Assembly (NCBI GenBank): GCA_001938485.1
Contig: MQRK01213816.1
Span: 1 to 64,000, forward strand
Reading direction: 5' to 3'
Length of the DNA stretch: 64,000 bases
From: Girardia tigrina
Taxonomy: Eukaryota
Both the position numbers and the translations under genes were made by a program. Shown here one piece after another: positions 49,790 to 64,000 of this stretch. The notes below the pieces were generated by a model. The model was given only the letters and a program-made list of their open reading frames with translations. It made no database searches and had not been told where the DNA came from. The number at the start of each line of letters is the position of its first letter. Positions within the stretch are counted from its first letter, which is position 1.

Positions 49790-51899
49790 TTATATTAATT
49801 ACATTTTTGATTAAAAATATAACAAAATAATTATTGACTGAGGAGGAATTTTATTCTAATAGTTTAAATTCGAATATTTCCCTATTTACATCAGATATAC
49901 CACCGTCAGACTCAAAATTTTCAGTTTAGAGTCACGAATCGTCAAAGAAAATCAATATTTACGAAGATTATCCGATTTTCGGAATTTTATTTCAACAATT
50001 GAAGGAAAATGTATTTTTACATTATTGACCAAAAATCCAGGAGAATCACAATTGGGAAAGAAAAACAGTTTTGATTTTTAATCAAAGAAGACTGTATCTA
50101 ATAACATTTTAATAATTAAGACCATTCCCTGGAATCTAGTAATTTGACTCACACTAGACTCACCTTTACTCACGAATCTTTGTGTTTATTTTTAAGTATT
50201 TATACCAATTATATTTTTTTATTAAAACATCTTTATTTTACTATTTACAAGCTTTTATTACGTTTCATTTGTTTGTCTGTCTGAATGCATCAAATCTTGC
50301 GATCGAAAATTCGCCCACTTCCCGTTCACCTAGCGACATGAAACTTTTAGGACTGATGTATTATAAGTGACAATACACTTTGTCACTGTCACTGCTCATC
50401 TACCGCCTTTAGTTTAGCAGCAAAAAGCAATTAAATTGTTGTTCTCATGTTTTCCTCAGTAGTAGGCTTTGAAATTTGCTACATCTAAATGCAAATAGAA
50501 AGCGGGTTTTCTCCTAATAGGCTTTGATAATTCAGTCACAAAAATGTGGGAAGTGGGTGAAATAGATACAGAACCGCAAACATATGACAAATTATAAAAG
50601 CTTGTACACCAAACAAGTTTTTTGGTATGATTATTATATACCCTTACATTAACATACAACTTATGCCAAGGCAGCTTAACAAGTCGTTAAAAATAAGAAC
50701 AATATTGTTCACCTTCTTTACAATAAATAATAATAACACTATTTTCACATAATATCTAAATCAATAAAATAATATTCACTAATATCAATCATTTGTTTTA
50801 ACGGGATTTATTTTTGTCAGAGGATGTAAAAGATCTAAAATTATTTTATTATATTTTTTCCGAACCGACGTTGCCGCATAATATGTATAAATAATCTTTT
50901 ATACGCCTTTTATTAAAAAAATGTTTCCTGTTGATGTCTTTGTACTATTCTAGATATAATTAATTGTAAAATAGCATTTTATAAATTGTGATTTAAAGAT
51001 GGTGTCGATAGGAAAATTAAAAAATGATATGTTTCTTTATTACTAACATAGCGCCCGTAGGGAGACTTACCTGGAAAGATGCTCACAAACGATCATAAAA
51101 AAATAATATGGTCTAATAATTTTCGTTATTTAATTTATTTGAAATGGTTTTTGAGAAATTTGTTGACCCACGTTTAATGTGATTATATTTTTTTCGATTT
51201 AAGTGAGTAAAGGTGTTTCAACGCTAAATTTGGCCAGGAAAGATACAGGAAGTTAGGATGTCTCAATTTTATCTCGGAATAAATTGACGCCGGTTATTAT
51301 TAATATATTTATTAAATTGAGACATAAAAAATACCCATTGAATTAGTTAAACATTATATATGTTAATAAATCTAGAATTTTTTTGATAAATATTGTAAAA
51401 ATAGTGATTTGGACGTATCAGCAAATCACTATTTGTACTATAAAAAATAATTAACTATGCGAAACCAGCCCAATCCAAAAGATATCCTGAAATTGGGTTG
51501 GACTAACTTGAAGTTAGTAAAAATGAAGAACTAGAGTCCAATAAAAATAAAAATAAACAAAAATCAAAAAACGCTTTTAATTCCGAATAACACATACCTG
51601 AAATCACAAATAAGTCTTTATTGTCTTCAGCAATATTCTTCTTTAAGCGATAATATAATCTGTCAATTCAATTTTAAATTTTTTATTGATTTATGTATTT
51701 TCATTTTTAATTCGCCTATGACAATATTTATTGTCGCTGGAGATATAAATGAAGCGGGACCAAATTTAGTACGACAACAAATAATGCATCTACATTGTCT
51801 TTCAATTTAAATACGATAAAAGTGATGATATTTGTCTCGAGTGAGGTGTAAAGTGAGAGAGATTAGTTGGGGTTAATTTGTCAATCTCTAATTCTTTAA

Positions 51900-53370
51900 A
51901 AGATAAAAATGGAAAAACTTAGGTCGATTTATTACCAAAAGTTAAATATTCCTTAAATGCCACAACACAAAATTCAATCGGAATGAATCCAACAGAAGTT
52001 GTATTTGGTTTCCCGATAAATAGGCAATTGAATAGTAATAAAGAGATAGAAAGAAATTGTGAAGATACAGGGTGCGGCAGCTATTTGAGAACAAAATGAC
52101 ATAAAGTTCAAAAAATGAATATACAACAGAAAAATAACATTTATTACAATTTAAAATTTTACATATATTAACACGTACNNNNNNNNNNNNNNNNNNNNNN
52201 NNNNNNNNNNNNNNNNNNNNNNNNNNNNNNNNNNNNNNNNNNNNNNNNNNNNNNNNNNNNNNNNNNNNNNNNNNNNNNNNNNNNNNNNNNNNNNNNNNNN
52301 NNNNNNNNNNNNNNNNNNNNNNNNNNNNNNNNNNNNNNNNNNNNNNNNNNNNNNNNNNNNNNNNNNNNNNNNNNNNNNNNNNNNNNNNNNNNNNNNNNNN
52401 NNNNNNNNNNNNNNNNNNNNNNNNNNNNNNNNNNNNNNNNNNNNNNNNNNNNNNNNNNNNNNNNNNNNNNNNNNNNNNNNNNNNNNNNNNNNNNNNNNNN
52501 NNNNNNNNNNNNNNNNNNNNNNNNNNNNNNNNNNNNNNNNNNNNNNNNNNNNNNNNNNNNNNNNNNNNNNNNNNNNNNNNNNNNNNNNNNNNNNNNNNNN
52601 NNNNNNNNNNNNNNNNNNNNNNNNNNNNNNNNNNNNNNNNNNNNNNNNNNNNNNNNNNNNNNNNNNNNNNNNNNNNNNNNNNNNNNNNNNNNNNNNNNNN
52701 NNNNNNNNNNNNNNNNNNNNNNNNNNNNNNNNNNNNNNNNNNNNNNNNNNNNNNNNNNNNNNNNNNNNNNNNNNNNNNNNNNNNNNNNNNNNNNNNNNNN
52801 NNNNNNNNNNNNNNNNNNNNNNNNNNNNNNNNNNNNNNNNNNNNNNNNNNNNNNNNNNNNNNNNNNNNNNNNNNNNNNNNNNNNNNNNNNNNNNNNNNNN
52901 NNNNNNNNNNNNNNNNNNNNNNNNNNNNNNNNNNNNNNNNNNNNNNNNNNNNNNNNNNNNNNNNNNNNNNNNNNNNNNNNNNNNNNNNNNNNNNNNNNNN
53001 NNNNNNNNNNNNNNNNNNNNNNNNNNNNNNNNNNNNNNNNNNNNNNNNNNNNNNNNNNNNNNNNNNNNNNNNTCGTAAGAGTAGCTTCTGCCATGTCTAC
53101 CAGCAAAAATAAAATTATGTAATTATAACACACAAAAAGATATAGTGTCTATATTACGTGTTCTCAAATAGCTGCCGCACCCTGTATATTAAATACTGTT
53201 AGACAAAATCAAAGTAAAATTGCATATGATGATAGTAAACGGGGAAATAAAGAATTTAATGTCGGAGAACATGTTCTAGTAATAGTTGAAAACAAAAGAT
53301 ATAACCGTTACGAAATCAAGAAATCAATAAAAGTGATGAAGAGATTAGTTTAAGAAATGTAAAGATTGTA
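51900..53370 (+). mobile_element. Gypsy integrase C-terminal fragment split by a TIR element
   Basis: LLPKVKYSLNATTQNSIGMNPTEVVFG before the insertion; KEFNVGEHVLV after it. Confidence 0.6.
52068..53184 (-). mobile_element. Tc1/mariner (maT-like) element, interior mostly an assembly gap
   Basis: Perfect 25-bp TIR CAGGGTGCGGCAGCTATTTGAGAAC with TA duplication; possible ORF start MAEATLT on the minus strand. Confidence 0.85.
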
Positions 53371-53739
53371 GAGGCTTATTAATTAAAATCAAAATGATAT
53401 AATTGAGTTCTATTAGTGCTTTATTTCTACACTTTATTTTTTTTACGGAATTCCCTGATTGTTTTCGGATTGTTGTTTTTTTATTTTTTTACTGTGAAAT
53501 ATTTTTTTTGTGTTGTAAATTTTTTTTAAGACACACTGTATGCTTGTGAGATATTTTTTTTGTCTTGGCTTGTATCAGTGATTTGAATTTTGATAGGAAA
53601 GTTTTCATTATTAATTTTGATTTGAATGAGATGAAATTCAAGTGATTTGTTGGACTGTGATTTTTATTGTTGATAATTAACATTTATTGAAACGAACAAT
53701 GCGACATTTGACATAAAAACAAAAATTCGAGTCAAAAAA

Positions 53740-54516
53740 ATGAATTCAAATCTAAATAGTAAGAGTGAATGTATAAGCCCTCAAAGAGATTTAAATCCTA
53801 CACTTCTAAAGAATTCATCAAGCATATTTTTACGAGATTTAGATCACCATAATTCTGATAACTTTTGGACTGTAGATCCTTATTTGTTTGGAGAGTATTA
53901 TCAATTATCAGATGAAAACGATTTTCACATACATTAAAAACAAGTCGAATTTGTCTCAATTAGAACTAAATAAAAACTGTGCGATTAATTCATCAAATGT
54001 ATTTAGCTCTCCAGATGAAGTTTCATTTACTAAATCAAAATCCCCAATACGAGAAAATGGTGAATCTAATAATATTTTTAGGAAAGTAAATAAAAAATTA
54101 TATCGAAAATTACCTATTCTTTTTATTGACACAAAAGATTGGCAATCTTATATTTAATTAGCAACAATTAGGAATTCTTCTATTAATAATGCTTTTAGTA
54201 TTGGTGCATTTAATAATGGATTACCAAAGATTGGTAGATTTGAAAACAATAAAGTTCATCGACTCTTAAATTCAATTTTTAATCTGTATCTAGACTACAC
54301 TGAGCTGTGTGAAGAGGATGAAAAACTTTATGAACAAATGTCTAATAAATATGTATCAAATGATTCAATCTCTTCTGACACTATAGAATATCTAACTTCC
54401 AAAAGTTCATTACAAGTATCTCAAAAGAAAAATATCAGATTTACAAAAACAGTCAATTCTAAAAATGATAAATTCAAAACGACATTTAGGATTAATATGA
54501 TGAAATTTTTATTATG
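53740..54516 (+). pseudogene. Degenerate intronless ORF of unknown family (~255 codons)
   Basis: Joins across one frameshift (~53930) and one TAA (54155) into a long S/N/K-rich reading frame; no recognisable domain. Confidence 0.35.
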
Positions 54517-55427
54517 ATGTATAATAAAGGTATTATACGTTGTTAGATTTGAAAAATTTTTTTATTAAAGGTTTTATTTAATTACTGTTGTGTTTTATTA
54601 TTTGATTTTTTTTTATTTAACTGATATAAAAATACGAAATAGAAAATATTGTATTGACACAATACGAGCAATACACTATTTTCTATAAAGATCTTTTATG
54701 AATTACCAAAATCGTCATTATGCAAAATCGTGTTAATTTAACCATTTAACGACTTGTACGGTTTTCGATTGATTTCATCGGCTTCCAGGCGTCTTCCGGC
54801 CAAGCTGCTGCATCGACAAAATTTATTGATGCGGACTATCCAGATTAACCATGTACTTAAATGGATTTACTCCGGTTCCTTCGTAATTTCACATTTAAAA
54901 GCGTTACCGACAAACAAACAAATACACTTTTTTCGACAAATATTATTTTAGATTGTGTGACAAAGATTATTAAACTTTGATCGATGAATATGAGTTGAAA
55001 GAACTCTTTTGGATTACATAAAGATGATGCAAATTGTGATTGTAATAAATGTCGTAATCAATGTGTGATTTTAACACATAGTTTGAATGAATTTATAAAG
55101 ATATAAAGAAATTAGACATATGATAGTGGAATAATAATAATAATTCAAGCAAGATTAATTGTAAAATTTACTATTTACTGACGATCGCAAAATAGTAAAT
55201 TTTACGTAAAAATAAATAAAAGTAAATAAAGAACTTCGAACTTTTAACACTTAAACAAAGATAATAAAAAAAATAATAAGAATAAATAACCCATTTAGCA
55301 TATAATAGTTTTATTCATCGTCATTAAAATAAACACAATTCACAATGTCTAGCGGTAATTAATTATTATTTTCCATTTTTATATTCAATCGATAACTTTA
55401 ATTCTATATCTTTGCAGGATACTAATA

Positions 55428-55870
55428 ATGCGCAATTGTTCTTTGGAACAGATCACTTTGATATTTATTATTTTGACGATAAATGTGTCGATAAGTTATA
55501 AACTTTCCTGAGAGAAGGAACTTTCTAACTCATTTTTTCACTGGTTTGACTTTCTAAGGGAAACTTTATTAAATGTCATAACGAAAGGCGAAACCATTGT
55601 TCAAACCATTTTGGAGGAATATTTTATCGCAAAGTATTTAAATACTTCCAACTCATTGTAGCGTATATTCCATAAACCTCACACAATTTACCTGTTAAAT
55701 AGCTACTCACACTTACATACATTTCAAATGGAGATAACGCTCGAACAACCCGCGATAATGTATAATTTACTCGATATGTTTGGCCGGACAATGAGTAAAA
55801 ACAATATTCCGTATTTTATGTATGGTGACACGTTATTGGGTCATTCAGACATCACGATCTGATTCCATTT
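55428..55870 (+). pseudogene. LicD/fukutin-family phosphotransferase pseudogene (type II membrane), 3'-truncated
   Basis: One frame from ATG 55428 with N-terminal hydrophobic ITLIFIILTINVSISY and stops at 55509 and 55659. Continues LLDMFGRTMSKNNIPYFMYGDTLLG, then a frameshift to SFRHHDLIPF (cf. YFLxGGTLLGxxRHxxxIPWDDD). Confidence 0.8.
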
Positions 55871-58800
55871 AAGTACACCATATCTTTCAACATAGTCTCT
55901 TTTCGATGTGTTTTAATATGACTATATCATAATCATATTTTCTTTCAATAACAATTTTCTTTTTCAACAGCGAATTATTGATGACAGGTCTAATTTGTGA
56001 ATGATTTCGTCTCCAAAAGGGGAATAAAAAAATAAAAATAAAGACACACAGAATAGACGAGCATGTTTGAAGAACAACACAATCACACTCCTCACACACA
56101 GGACCAAATACAAAGAACAACTAATCAAGCCAAGACTTTGTACAAAAGCAAAAGAAAGAAAACACACATGAAGTATACGAAAGTAGCATTTCACATTAAT
56201 TAATAAAACCCTATTACATTTGTATGAGCAGTAAAATCATTGACGAAAAACAGATAAAGTTTTCTTTAATATTAATATAATATAATGTAAAAAAATAATT
56301 TGAATATAGTATCTTTTCTCCTGACCAAAAGATAATTGTGAAAATTAAAAACAATCTTTAAATATGTGATAAAAAGAATCAAACTTTAATAAATTAATTT
56401 TTTATTAAATATAAATTTTCAAAGAAAACCGAAATTTATTTATTGGATTGCAAAAAAAACAAACTAAAGTCAAACACATTTTTTTTATATTTTTAATTAA
56501 CACATAAAAAAATCTTTTTGTCGGTCTTGGAAGACCAAATACTTCAATTAATATTCCGCAAATTTATATAAACAAAAATAAAATAAATAAATAAAAAACA
56601 AATTATTTTTTTGTTTAAAGAAATAATGAAAAAGAATTATTTTTATTATTATAATAATATTCATTGGAGAAAAAAAATATATTAAAAAATTGGAAAAACT
56701 TTTCTTACATAACAAAAAGAAAATCGTTTGAAATTATTGGAAGAAAAATATTTAAAAAAAAATGAAATTTAAATAAAAAATTTAAATAAAAAATTTGGAA
56801 TTAACATTAAAATTTCACAGTTGAAAACGAAACTCTACATGAATAAATGAAAAGATATTCTTCTTGAAATTAATGAAATTTTATTCTTTTAATTAAATTA
56901 GTCTGTAAAATATAAAAAAATATAGAGAATCAATATGAATTGAAGGTTTTAGTAATTTGTCTTAATGCACATTTAATTGGATTTCAATAGGCAGAGCTAT
57001 TAATCGAAAAATTGATCAATAAATTCAATTACCGTCGATGGGCCATTGATTCAGTTTCCAGACTATTAATAGGAAATTGATAAATTAATCTTCTAACTTC
57101 GCTAGACGAATTAGGGTTAAAATATTTTCCGTTTTAGTAGGTTTGCCAAATTATTTATATATTGCAATATATAAAATTAATACACTGATGAAGTAGAAAT
57201 TTTAATTAAATCTTAACTTCTTCTGGTGGATTTGTTTTAATGATCGATATTGAGTAATCGATTAGCGTGTCTGATCAACAATGATTCACAATACGGCCGA
57301 TCAATGTTTGAAGTGTGACTAATTGATGCCGATCTAGCAGACATTATATAATGCGGCTATTATATTTACCATTGTGAAAAATATTTTTTTTTATTAATAT
57401 AATAAAACAGATTTTTAATTATTACTAATAATAGATTTATTGTTAATCATAATTTATTGACGAATTAATTTTCAAATCTTGATTTTCATTTTTAGCGCAA
57501 TTTCCATACTGACAATTACGATTATTAATTGGTTATTTCTGTGTGGATGGATGGATGGATGTGTCCGCAGCTTTAAGTCGTATCTCCTCCTCAACGAAGC
57601 AATATCGAGGGCTAGTTCCAAAAGCAAATATGTTAAGNNNNNNNNNNNNNNNNNNNNNNNNNNNNNNNNNNNNNNNNNNNNNNNNNNNNNNNNNNNNNNN
57701 NNNNNNNNNNNNNNNNNNNNNNNNNNNNNNNNNNNNNNNNNNNNNNNNNNNNNTCTCGGCAACCAGACCACTTAGCGACTTGAAACATTTACCAATCGAT
57801 TCCTGCAATAATTTAGAACAATATTGCCGAAGAAAGTTTTCAAAAATATCCTTTCGTTCGGTCACAAAAAATCATAGTCAAATACTGATATAAACGTTTT
57901 AATAATTAATAGACAACTATTAATTTCATATGGATTAATTAATTAATATTTTGGCACCGAATAACATAAAGAAATTGCGCTTAAATTGTCACTAGACTTT
58001 TTATTAACTTGTTTTAATAAAGGAGAGCTTAATTATTTTCTTTAAGAATCGAGAGACATTTTTTTGATGTCTAAGTTGTTTGACCGTTTTTGGACAAAGA
58101 ACTTTTTAGAATCGAAAAAACATTTACCACCATTTATCAATATGGTTGAATTATAAAAATATGGCCTTTGTTACTTCAAACAAATTGCTTACTTTTCATA
58201 CATCCAAAAAAATCGCTTTATACTCTTATCGGAAGTTGGTAATCATATTAAGTTCTCATAGCCCATAGTACGGCTCTTTCATAGCCCTAATTATGTTTGG
58301 AAATCACTCACCTTGTACTTGCAAACATCCCCAAGACAATGGGAGGCAAAACAGCTAACTCACTTATATTCATAGATACTGCAAACTAAATGTTTGGTCC
58401 ATTGGATAAACTGAAGTTCAGGATATTTATAAACCAAATAATTATCATTATTTTATTTTTACCAGCTGCCTTAATTTCTCTTGAAGGTTCCTTCTTATCT
58501 AGTCTTGATGTTTATCTGTCTCAAAAAATATTTAAACACGGAAACGTTGTGTTTCCTGATTGTTGACTAGAAATAAAATTCATCATTTTAAATACATTAC
58601 ATTTTGTGTACATTATGATTACCCATTTCTTATGTCTAAAATCTGACATCAAGGACAGGACTTTATCTTTCTTTATTCCAACGGATTGACTAAAAGATAT
58701 TAATGTTTTTTGCAAATTTATAGAGGCACACTATTTAGGCGGCATTTAGAAGTATTTTCATTCTTTTAATTAGATTACTTTCTAGGTATATATATTTGTA

Positions 58801-59016
58801 TACTTACTCTCACTCATAATTATAATTTTGATTTATAATTTAACATAATTTTTATTATTTATTTTGGGATGTAAATGTTTCAAATCTATTAAGTCGAAAA
58901 TGACTGAAATTAATAAAAAACATTTGATATATTTTTGATAAAGATAGAATTTTAAAAAAGTATTAGTGCATGGTTTTGGAACTGTTAGTAACATAGTAAA
59001 AGTAAAATCAAATATA

Positions 59017-59425
59017 CAGTATGATTCATAAGTCTGTTCAACCCCCTTATTTTTTGAGAAAAAGATCAAATTTTTAACAAAACATATATTATGTGGAACT
59101 TTCAATACTTAGTTGAATGTCCTTTCATGTCTTTTATCATTTTTAATCGCCTAGGCATGGATCCAAGAAGACTTTTACAATAGTCTTTTGATAGTTCGTA
59201 CCGTATTTTTTGAACAGCCACCCACAGCTGTTCTGACGATGTGCACTTTATCGTCTGTAATTTCCTTTTTAAAAGTCCCCATACATTTTCGATAGGATTT
59301 GCGTCTGGTAAATTGCCTGGCCATGGTAAAAGGTCGACTTCCTTCTTTTTTAAGAAATTAAATGTCGACAGTGCACGGTGTGGTGGTGCAAGATATAGTT
59401 TCCTGGTACATTTGAGCATTCATTG
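59017..59425 (-). mobile_element. Tc1 element 3' end with TIR
   Basis: LLPWPGNLPDANPIENVWGLLKR, SMPRRL, KGHSTKY*; terminus TA|CAGT at 59015-59020. Confidence 0.85.
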
Positions 59426-59499
59426 AACCTTTTTTCTTTTCTAGGAATACCTACCCCGTTTGCCGAAAAGCACCCCTAGACATGAACTTTGGCTCATTA

Positions 59500-60710
59500 A
59501 CATTAACATTTTCTATTCATCAAAATTGCAATTCAAAGGAACTCCTGGTATTGACACTTTTCTTTCTTCATCAGGATGGTGCAATAGATTTATGGAACGG
59601 TATGGCCTGACACTGAGACAGCGCACAAAAATTTCGCAGAAGCTGCCAAAGCAATTAGAAGAAAAGGTGGATTCCTTCCATAAATTTGTAATAACTATGC
59701 GAAAATGCCATGGATATGAGTTATCGTAAATAGGGAATATGAATGAGACACCAATGTATTTCGATATGCCGGGAAGCAGAACTGTTTATGCCGTCGGTGA
59801 CAAAAGCGTTTCAGTTAAAACAACAGGTCATGAGAAAATTCATTTTACAGTTGTTTTAGCGTGCATGGACAATGGAACGAAGTTAAAACCAACAATTATT
59901 TTTAAGAGGAAGTCAATCCAAAAATATGTCAAGTTTCCGTTAGGGATTATTGTCCGCGCTCATCCAAAAGGCTGGATGGACGAAGATGTCAAACTTTGGC
60001 TGTAAACTGTTTGGAATGGCCGTGCAGGTGCTTTGATTCAGAAAAGTCTGGGGATTACTATGGGATATGTTTCGGGCCCATCTGAGTGACAGTTGCAAGA
60101 AAACTGCACGTGAAATGAAAACTGATCTTGCGGTTATCCCAGGCGGTCTGACATCGGTCCTGCAGCCATTGGACGTTTGCATTAATAAACCATTCAAAGA
60201 CTGGATACGCGCCAATTGGACGGACTGGATGTCATCTGGATCTCCAACTTTAACCATACACAGAAATTTACAAAAGCCGGACATTGCCCGTATTACAACT
60301 TGAATGAAAGAAGCATGGGAGTCCATTCCGTCGGACATAGTAAAGAATTCATTTTTGAAATGTGGTATCAGCAATGCTTTGGATGGGACTGAAGATGATG
60401 TCATTTATAAAAGTGCAATGAAGAACAGGAAGACGTGGACGATAATGATGATGATGGATATACAGGTGATGATTTGGCAACAGATGAATTTTTGGCCGAA
60501 ATGTTCGGAGAGAGTGACGATGAAGAATTTAATTAATAAATGATTTGTTTTTTTATGTTAAGACTGTTTTTTACGGTTTGAAGGTTTAAAAGGGCTTTAA
60601 AAATATAGTGATCGCATTATATGTGGACGCTAGGTTTCTGCGAGATATCCTTGTCAAAATTATATGGGTCGCATTATACGTGGGATCGCATTATACGCGG
60701 TAATATACGG
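59500..60710 (+). mobile_element. pogo (DD35D, POGK/Passer-like) element, 5'-truncated, with 3' TIR
   Basis: SSGWCNRFMER..L..R.RT.ISQKLP, NMNETPMYFDMP, WDMFRAH, QPLDVCINKPFK (35-residue spacing); TCGCATTATA repeats and ...TACGG|TA end. Confidence 0.9.
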
Positions 60711-62099
60711 TAATACTAAAATATTAAAACATTATTATATTAAGAAAAAGTTAAATTTAATTAATTATTAAAAAGAGTAAAATTTGACTTTTTTAAATAA
60801 TATCTTTTGAAAATAAAACGCATGTTTATAAAAATACTTCCTTAAAAAATATAAAAATTATTAACATTAAAATTATTATTGTTTATCCTCATAAATATTT
60901 TAATTTCTTGTTTTAATGATTTAAAAAAGGGTTCTTTAGAAAGTATTCTTTTAATAAATAAGATTATTAATTTTAGTTTTTTATGTTTTTAATACTTTGT
61001 TTAATCTCTTTAAAAATCATTTATTTATTAGGTATTTTATTTTAATTAATTGTAATTAATATTTTTTTCAATAAATAATATTTATTAAATAAAAAAATTA
61101 TCTTTATTGAATCAAATACTTAATTTTAAAATTTTACGATACATATTCTTGTTCCTCTAATTTTTATTTTATTTTAAATTATTTTATTATGTATTATATA
61201 CATTTTTAAATTGATAATTGTTATAAAATATACAATGTGAGTTTTTCTATGTTCAACAGCTGTAGACAAATATGATTTTATTTACTTTAAAATAATTTCT
61301 GATTTTTAAGATTCATTATAACAATTGGTTATTTCTTCGATAATAATAATTTTATAAATAATTTAATTAATTTTTATCTGAATTATCAAACAAAATTTGA
61401 AAGAGCAGAATTTTTTTTAAAAAACAATTAAGATGGAGGAATAATTTTATGGTACTATTTTAGTGAAGAACTGTTTTCTTTAAATAATAATTAAAGGAAA
61501 AGAAATACCTAAGGAAATTGTAAAATATAAATTGATTTTGAATAAATACATAATGATCTTTTGATTTTGAAATCGCAGACCTCGGTTTTAAGTATCCTTA
61601 ATGGAAGCCTAGTGTAAAATGTGTACATATAAAAAATAAATGGAGCATAAGATTAGGGTAAAAGTGGAAATATTGTGGACAAAAACACTGTTTAGAAAAG
61701 GATTACATGAAGAAAACATTGATGAGTTCAAAAACATTAAGATATTGTTCGCAATTCAAATTTATTATTAATTCAATTTATGATTCAAATATATTATATT
61801 TATATTCGAAATTCTTCACCTGCGACTTCAAATTCAAAATCAAGACATTTTTGTTGAAGATCATTCAAATGACAATCACTGTTTCATTTTATCCTTTTGA
61901 TTTGATTTATTCTTGTTTATTTTCATATGTATACAGATATAGATTAAATTAAACAAGTAAATTAAATTAAGTAAATAATTAACTAAAAAGAAACTTAAAA
62001 ACAAATAAAATAAAAAAAATTAAAGTTAACAATATTTATCTTTTTAAATGAAAAAGATGAAATGAATCATTGAGTCATTGCTAATTATCAAGTAAGCGG

Positions 62100-62820
62100 T
62101 GAGCCCAGAGCCTTTTTTAACATACTGACTAGATGGGGGGGGGGTATTTCACCCCCACAGGGACCAAAAATGCCCCCCAGTCGAAGGCAAAAGTGATAGA
62201 CTGGGGGGAAAATTTTTTAATCGATTTTTAAAACTACCTTTCTATTTTTTGTGATCATGATCTGATGCTTTTGCAACAACATAAGATTTAAATTTAGCTG
62301 TTCTAGCTGAAGACTGAACCACAAATACACATATTGCCTCCTTCGATACAGAAGAATCCCTTATCAGCACTTCTCACAATACTATGGAATGGTACATGCA
62401 CAGAAAAGTGAATGTAAAATGGTAAGTATAAAATAGTATGAATGCTTGAAAGCATTAATGTTTGCACCTCCTGAAGGGAAGCGTAAAACACAATATGTGA
62501 AATGTAGAGTGTGTGAAGAGTTTGTGAATGTAGATTACAATTTTACTCACAATTGCACTGTTTACTTGGCTTATGACTGCCATGCAGATACAACTGTAAA
62601 ATTGAAGGCTGTCATAGATCATCTTGACTCAATCATATTTAAGGCAGCAGTGTAACATGTAGATTCAAATTCATTCCTCTTATCACCATTGGCTGAAATG
62701 TTAGCATAAGCACAATGCAGAAGTTGTGGAGTTTCTTACCTCACTTGCCATCGACATTTATAATGACAATATGATTAGTACTCCTTCTGCCAACAGCTTG
62801 ACCTTAAGGTATTTATCTCA
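62100..62820 (+). mobile_element. hAT-like element 5' fragment
   Basis: G/C-run-rich subterminal region; VKCRVC...VIDHLDS zinc-finger-like motif; IYND....SANS..LR. Confidence 0.4.
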
Positions 62821-62822
62821 AG

Positions 62823-63160
62823 TACACAGGTCAAAAATTATTAAGACTTCGCGAAAAAGAATTTATTGCGGGACGGGTCATGTGTAACCGTGTCCACAAT
62901 ACTGTTGACTTGATCAAGCTTGACGCGTTTATTAGCGACCGGATGACCGTCACCTAAATTGTACAACCAATTACACGATAAAAGTTGATGTTAAATCTGA
63001 TTCGTCCCGGATGTAATTTTAATCGACGTAACAGTCGATTTATTCGATAGCTCTGTCTTGACAGTCTTTTGTAATTGCTAGATAATGAGAACGAGAATTT
63101 TCGATAAACGTTTATTTATAAACGATGTAGTATCAAATTGATCCTCCATATTCCACCACT
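62823..63160 (-). mobile_element. Tc1/mariner 3' fragment
   Basis: Degenerate remnant of the (W)P.RSPDL...F motif near 63000; TIR-like TACAC.GGTC.AAAATTATTAAGAC at 62823. Confidence 0.4.
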
Positions 63161-64000
63161 AAATAGATTGATTTTGTAATTTGAATTTTGGCGTTTTGTT
63201 AATTTTTATTTTATCAATTGTTAATGTAGTTTTAGATTTTTATTAATTTGTTAATTTATTAAAAAGATTATTTAATTACTTATTTTAATTATATTTTTAA
63301 AACTTTACTTTATTTTAATTTACTCGGTTAATTATTTTTAATTTATTTAAAATTATCCGGTCAACTCTTTTACTTTCCGCTCCACTTTGATACCCACAAA
63401 AAACTGCTTAATATTTTCCAGGGTAAATTTCAATCGATCATCGGGTTTTTCGCGGTTTTCAATATAAGTTTTCAATGGTAATGTAAGCGTAGGTTTTAAA
63501 AAGTATTACTTATATTTTACTTCCTTTTAATGTATTTTTACATAATTTTAAAATTAAATGTATCTCATTTATTATTTTTTTTAATCTCACATATATCTTT
63601 AATTGCGTTTTGATCAACCCGTTGATGAGAACAATAATTTCTTGAAATGCGTTAATTGATTTTAATTTTTTAACAGATTTTTGATGGGGCTCAGTCTACC
63701 AATGTTGAAATTACAAAAAAAGTTTAATTACTTTGTAAACTACTTTATATTCTACTTCTTCGTTCTTTATCAGACATTATTTATCGGGATAATCTTTGCA
63801 CTGTTATTTTAATGCCAATTTACAAGACACCGAACTAAGGCAAGTATTCGGTCTCCCTACCAAATAAAATCCAAATTGATGTTATTTTCATTATATTATT
63901 TTGTAGTTAATTTTGTTATTTATGACAGAGAATATATTGAAACTGTGTAGCATTTATTTCATCACGGTTTTCAACACATGTAATACTTTAAATCGCAGCA

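Noticed and set aside
56800-57900. Possible multi-exon host gene
   Set aside because: Multiple stops on both strands, interrupted by a gap, and strand and family could not be assigned.

Overview
Very AT-rich eukaryotic scaffold with four N-gaps. Short ~45-nt introns, the 18S fragment and the TE repertoire suggest an invertebrate, probably a planarian flatworm (inference). The window is mostly a graveyard of nested, degraded transposons: hAT, mariner/Tc1, pogo, Tc4/Tc5, MULE, Chapaev-like, Penelope with hammerhead ribozyme motifs, Gypsy LTR and R2/NeSL-like fragments. No intact host protein-coding gene can be supported. Main observation: a 3.4-kb LTR retroelement (13397-16803) whose reconstructed polyprotein reads ORF0 - ubiquitin-like domain ending in di-Gly - Gag - protease, with no RT, RNase H or integrase core. 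Other notable items: an 18S rRNA fragment inserted with a 12-bp TSD into an LTR; a tandem micro-exon/mini-intron array; a full-length Tc4/Tc5-like element whose ~385-bp TIRs include its own coding 3' end; several Penelope hammerheads; and a LicD/fukutin-like pseudogene. All family assignments come from motif recognition by eye, not from database searches.
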